From Batkoa obscura (Eukaryota): 64,000 nt of DNA. The stretch is from positions 1,364,001-1,428,000 of the forward strand of contig JASVEC010000002.1 of NCBI GenBank assembly GCA_030770535.1, written 5' to 3'. Shown here one piece after another: positions 61,060 through 64,000 of this stretch (the stretch's first letter is position 1; every line of letters starts with the position of its first letter). The position numbers and the translations under genes were made by a program. Below the pieces are notes generated by a model. That model saw only the letters and a program-made list of their open reading frames with translations. It made no database searches and was not told the origin of the DNA.

Positions 61060-61944
61060 TTTATTAAGCCAATTGCCCACTTACTAATTCTATTGTATAG
61101 TTTTCCGTATTCTATTATTCTATTTTAATGGTCACTCTTTTTTAGTGCTTTCACTTTTTTTAAAAAGGCTTAAGCCCTTGTTTATTTACTCTTATTTTTC
61201 TGCAAATAAAATTTAGTCACTTTTTTCTATGGTAGTGTAGCAACTAACATGGGAAAATAATATTATATTAAAATATAAGGTTTCTATCGTTTTATTTTTT
61301 TAATGTTTTAATTGAATTTTTAATCACATATTGAACTTGAATCCCCCTCTTTTGTTTATTTTTCATGTTTTTATTATACTGGTTTACTTCTTGATCTTAA
61401 CAAAATATTACTTCTCCTTAAACTTTATAAATTTATAAAAAACTATTCCTAATAAGAGATTTATTTAATTATACGAAAGATAGAAATAAAACTTAATAAA
61501 ATTTAATATAATTAAATAACATTGTTTCATATTTATTTTGATATTTAAATTAATATATTAAATTTAATCTAATTTTAATTTCTTAATCGTAATAATGAAA
61601 ATAATTTATTAAGCTTATTAACTTACCCCTCTCCTCTTAACTCAGCAATTTAATCTTATGTTATTTCTGTTAAAAAATATATGCAAGATTAAAAATATAA
61701 AAATACAGAGATTCATCAGAATTGAGATTTCAAAAAAAATCTTATCAAAAAAAGTTGATTTTTGACTAAGTCATCAAAATTTGGCAATTTTCCAAAAACA
61801 GTAATTAGTTGATTTAAATTCGAATTTAATAAAGGCGATAAATTTAAACTGTTAAAAATGCATTTTATAAAAAAATTTAACGAAAAGAAATCAAGTTTAT
61901 ATAAAAAACATTGGCACTTTCTATAAAACGCAAACAACACAAGG

Positions 61945-64000
61945 ATGATTCTCATGAAGGCCCAAAATTCAACTCCTCGCTCACTATCTATCGAAGGAAC
62001 AGCTACAAAAGATAGTAGTGGTAACTATTAATAATAATGATTTTACAAGTATAACCTTAATAAATTTAATTTAATTTCACTTACCACAGTCAGTTACATC
62101 TCCTCTTTATTTCCTCAAGAGGATCTATTGTTACCCTCAATGTATTATAATTCTCCATTTGAAGCTTTTTGTAAATGTAAGTAACATCTAGTTTTATATT
62201 ATTTTTGAAATCAAATCAAATTAATTAAATAAAAAACTTGTATTTATTAATTCATTTCTCTACTTTAGATGCCTTAGCTAACCCTTCCAAAATTGCAATC
62301 CAACTATCTGCTTCTAAACTAACTGCTGATCAACTATTAAAACAAATCTTAAAATTTGGTTTAGGTTATAAAAAACTCTTCACAACTTCAAGCTCCAAGT
62401 CGACCCCCTCCTCCCCACCCATGCTTGGTTTGTGTCTCTCCAGCTCCCCTGACTGGTTAATAATTGACTTAGCTTGTCAAGGCTTTTCTATCATTTCTGT
62501 AGTATTTAATGAAAACTTTACAATGGAAAATTTAATCCATGGTTTAAATCAAACCAAACTTAAAGTATTAGTAGGTGGTAAAATATTGTTGAAGGAATTA
62601 ATTAAGATTAAAGATAGGCTAAAATATTTGGAATGTTTTATATTGGGTGATGAGAAGGAGGTAAGGGAGGATGAAGTTACACAAGAGTATCCATTTCAAG
62701 TCATCAATATTGAGAAAATCTACGAATTAGGAACTAAACAAGCAGGCATTGGATTAATGTATTTAATTCCTAAATCAATTTCTAGTGATACCATTAGTAC
62801 TATTGCATATACAAGTGGTACTACCAGTTTACCCAAAGGAGTCCTATTAAGTAATCAAAACTTAACATGTGCTTTGTTTAATTCCGAATTGGCTTTTTCA
62901 TTTTTGAATATGGAAAATATGAAATCTATGGAATATTTGAGTTATTCACAGTTACCAATAAGAGTACATGCTTATCTATCATTAATCAAAGGACAAACAT
63001 TATTATTTTGTACAACTGGGGAAAAGGAGAGTGGGTTATTGGAGGAGATAGTTAAATGGAAACCAAATCAAATTCATTTATCTGATGGATTAATGAAACA
63101 ATTGTTACAGCTAATATATTCTAAAGTAAATGAAAATGGTATGAAATTTGAATTAAATAAATTAATGGAAGTGTTAAGTTTAAATGAGGATGAGTTAGAG
63201 AATATTGTTATCGATGATGAATTAAGGAGAGTATTTCTAAGTATTCAACAATTGATAGGAGAACAGTTAAGATTGATTACTTCATTTAATTATTCGATTT
63301 ACAAAAATAAATTCTATTTATTAAAGTTATTATTTAATGTACCAATTATACAAAGTAAGTTAGATAAAAATAACATATAATAGTTGGTATTAATCCTCAT
63401 TTCTAGGTTACGGTCTAACTGAAACTACTGGACAAGGTTTTCGTACCTCCCCCGATGAACATGGTTATGGAGTAGGTGGGGTAGTTCCCTTGACTATGGC
63501 TAAATTAGTGAATTGTGCTGAATTAGAATATTCCATCACTGATGAACCATGTCCAAGAGGAGAAATATATTTAAAAGGACCACATTTATTTTTAGGGTAT
63601 TACGGGGAGAGCAAAAGTCCTTTAACAAAACAAGGTTGGTATCCTACCGGAGATATTGGCAGTTTGGATAGGAATAATGGGATATTTACTATAATTGATA
63701 GAAAAGCCAATTTTTTTAAGTTGAAGGAAGGTAAATTAAAGTTTTCTGACTTTATTATTTCAATTTTAACTATTTTCTTTTAGGTATTTATATCACTCCA
63801 GAGAAAATTGAGAGTGCATATAAGAAACTTTCTCTTATAGAAGAGATCTATGTACCCACATTGACTTTAAATCAAGCTACTAATGTCATTGCCATTATCT
63901 ATCCAAATTTAGATCATTTTTTAGGTTGGGCTAGTTATCATTTAGAAAGGGTTATATTAAATGAAGAGTTAATGGGATTATGTGGGGATAAGAGTTTTAA
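61945..64000 (+). CDS. Long-chain fatty acyl-CoA synthetase-like (AMP-binding), multi-exon, runs off the window end
   Basis: YTSGTTSLPKG, YGLTET, PRGEI, TGDIG and IIDRKANFFKL..G.YITPEKIE; start codon uncertain. Confidence 0.85.

Overview
AT-rich eukaryotic DNA with many short GT-AG introns. Gene content (GH18 chitinase, GH16 Crh, GH5 glucanase, Nha1-type antiporter, intronless rhodopsin-like 7TM receptor) indicates a fungus; an early-diverging lineage such as Zoopagomycota is my inference only. The left 25 kb is gene-poor and repeat-rich. It is dominated by an intact Ty3/Gypsy LTR retrotransposon (7453-15005, minus strand) with 400-bp LTRs that look identical by eye, a CGTTA target-site duplication, PBS and PPT. 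This element has a -1 frameshift signal (A AAA AAC plus stem-loop), an unusually long coiled-coil Gag, and a degenerate dUTPase-like domain between protease and RT. Older diverged LTR relics lie beside it. About 21 copies of a ~105-bp MITE-like element are spread across the window, along with several other long inverted-repeat elements. The right part holds ordinary housekeeping genes (RPL32, DAO, LSM5, TMX2-like, ARL1, aminotransferase, Pho80-like cyclin, acyl-CoA synthetase), a twice-frameshifted HAM1/DUF4449-like gene, and a decayed 5-unit tandem array at 56-58.7 kb. No rRNA, tRNA or CRISPR array was recognised. All calls come from reading motifs by eye, not from database searches.
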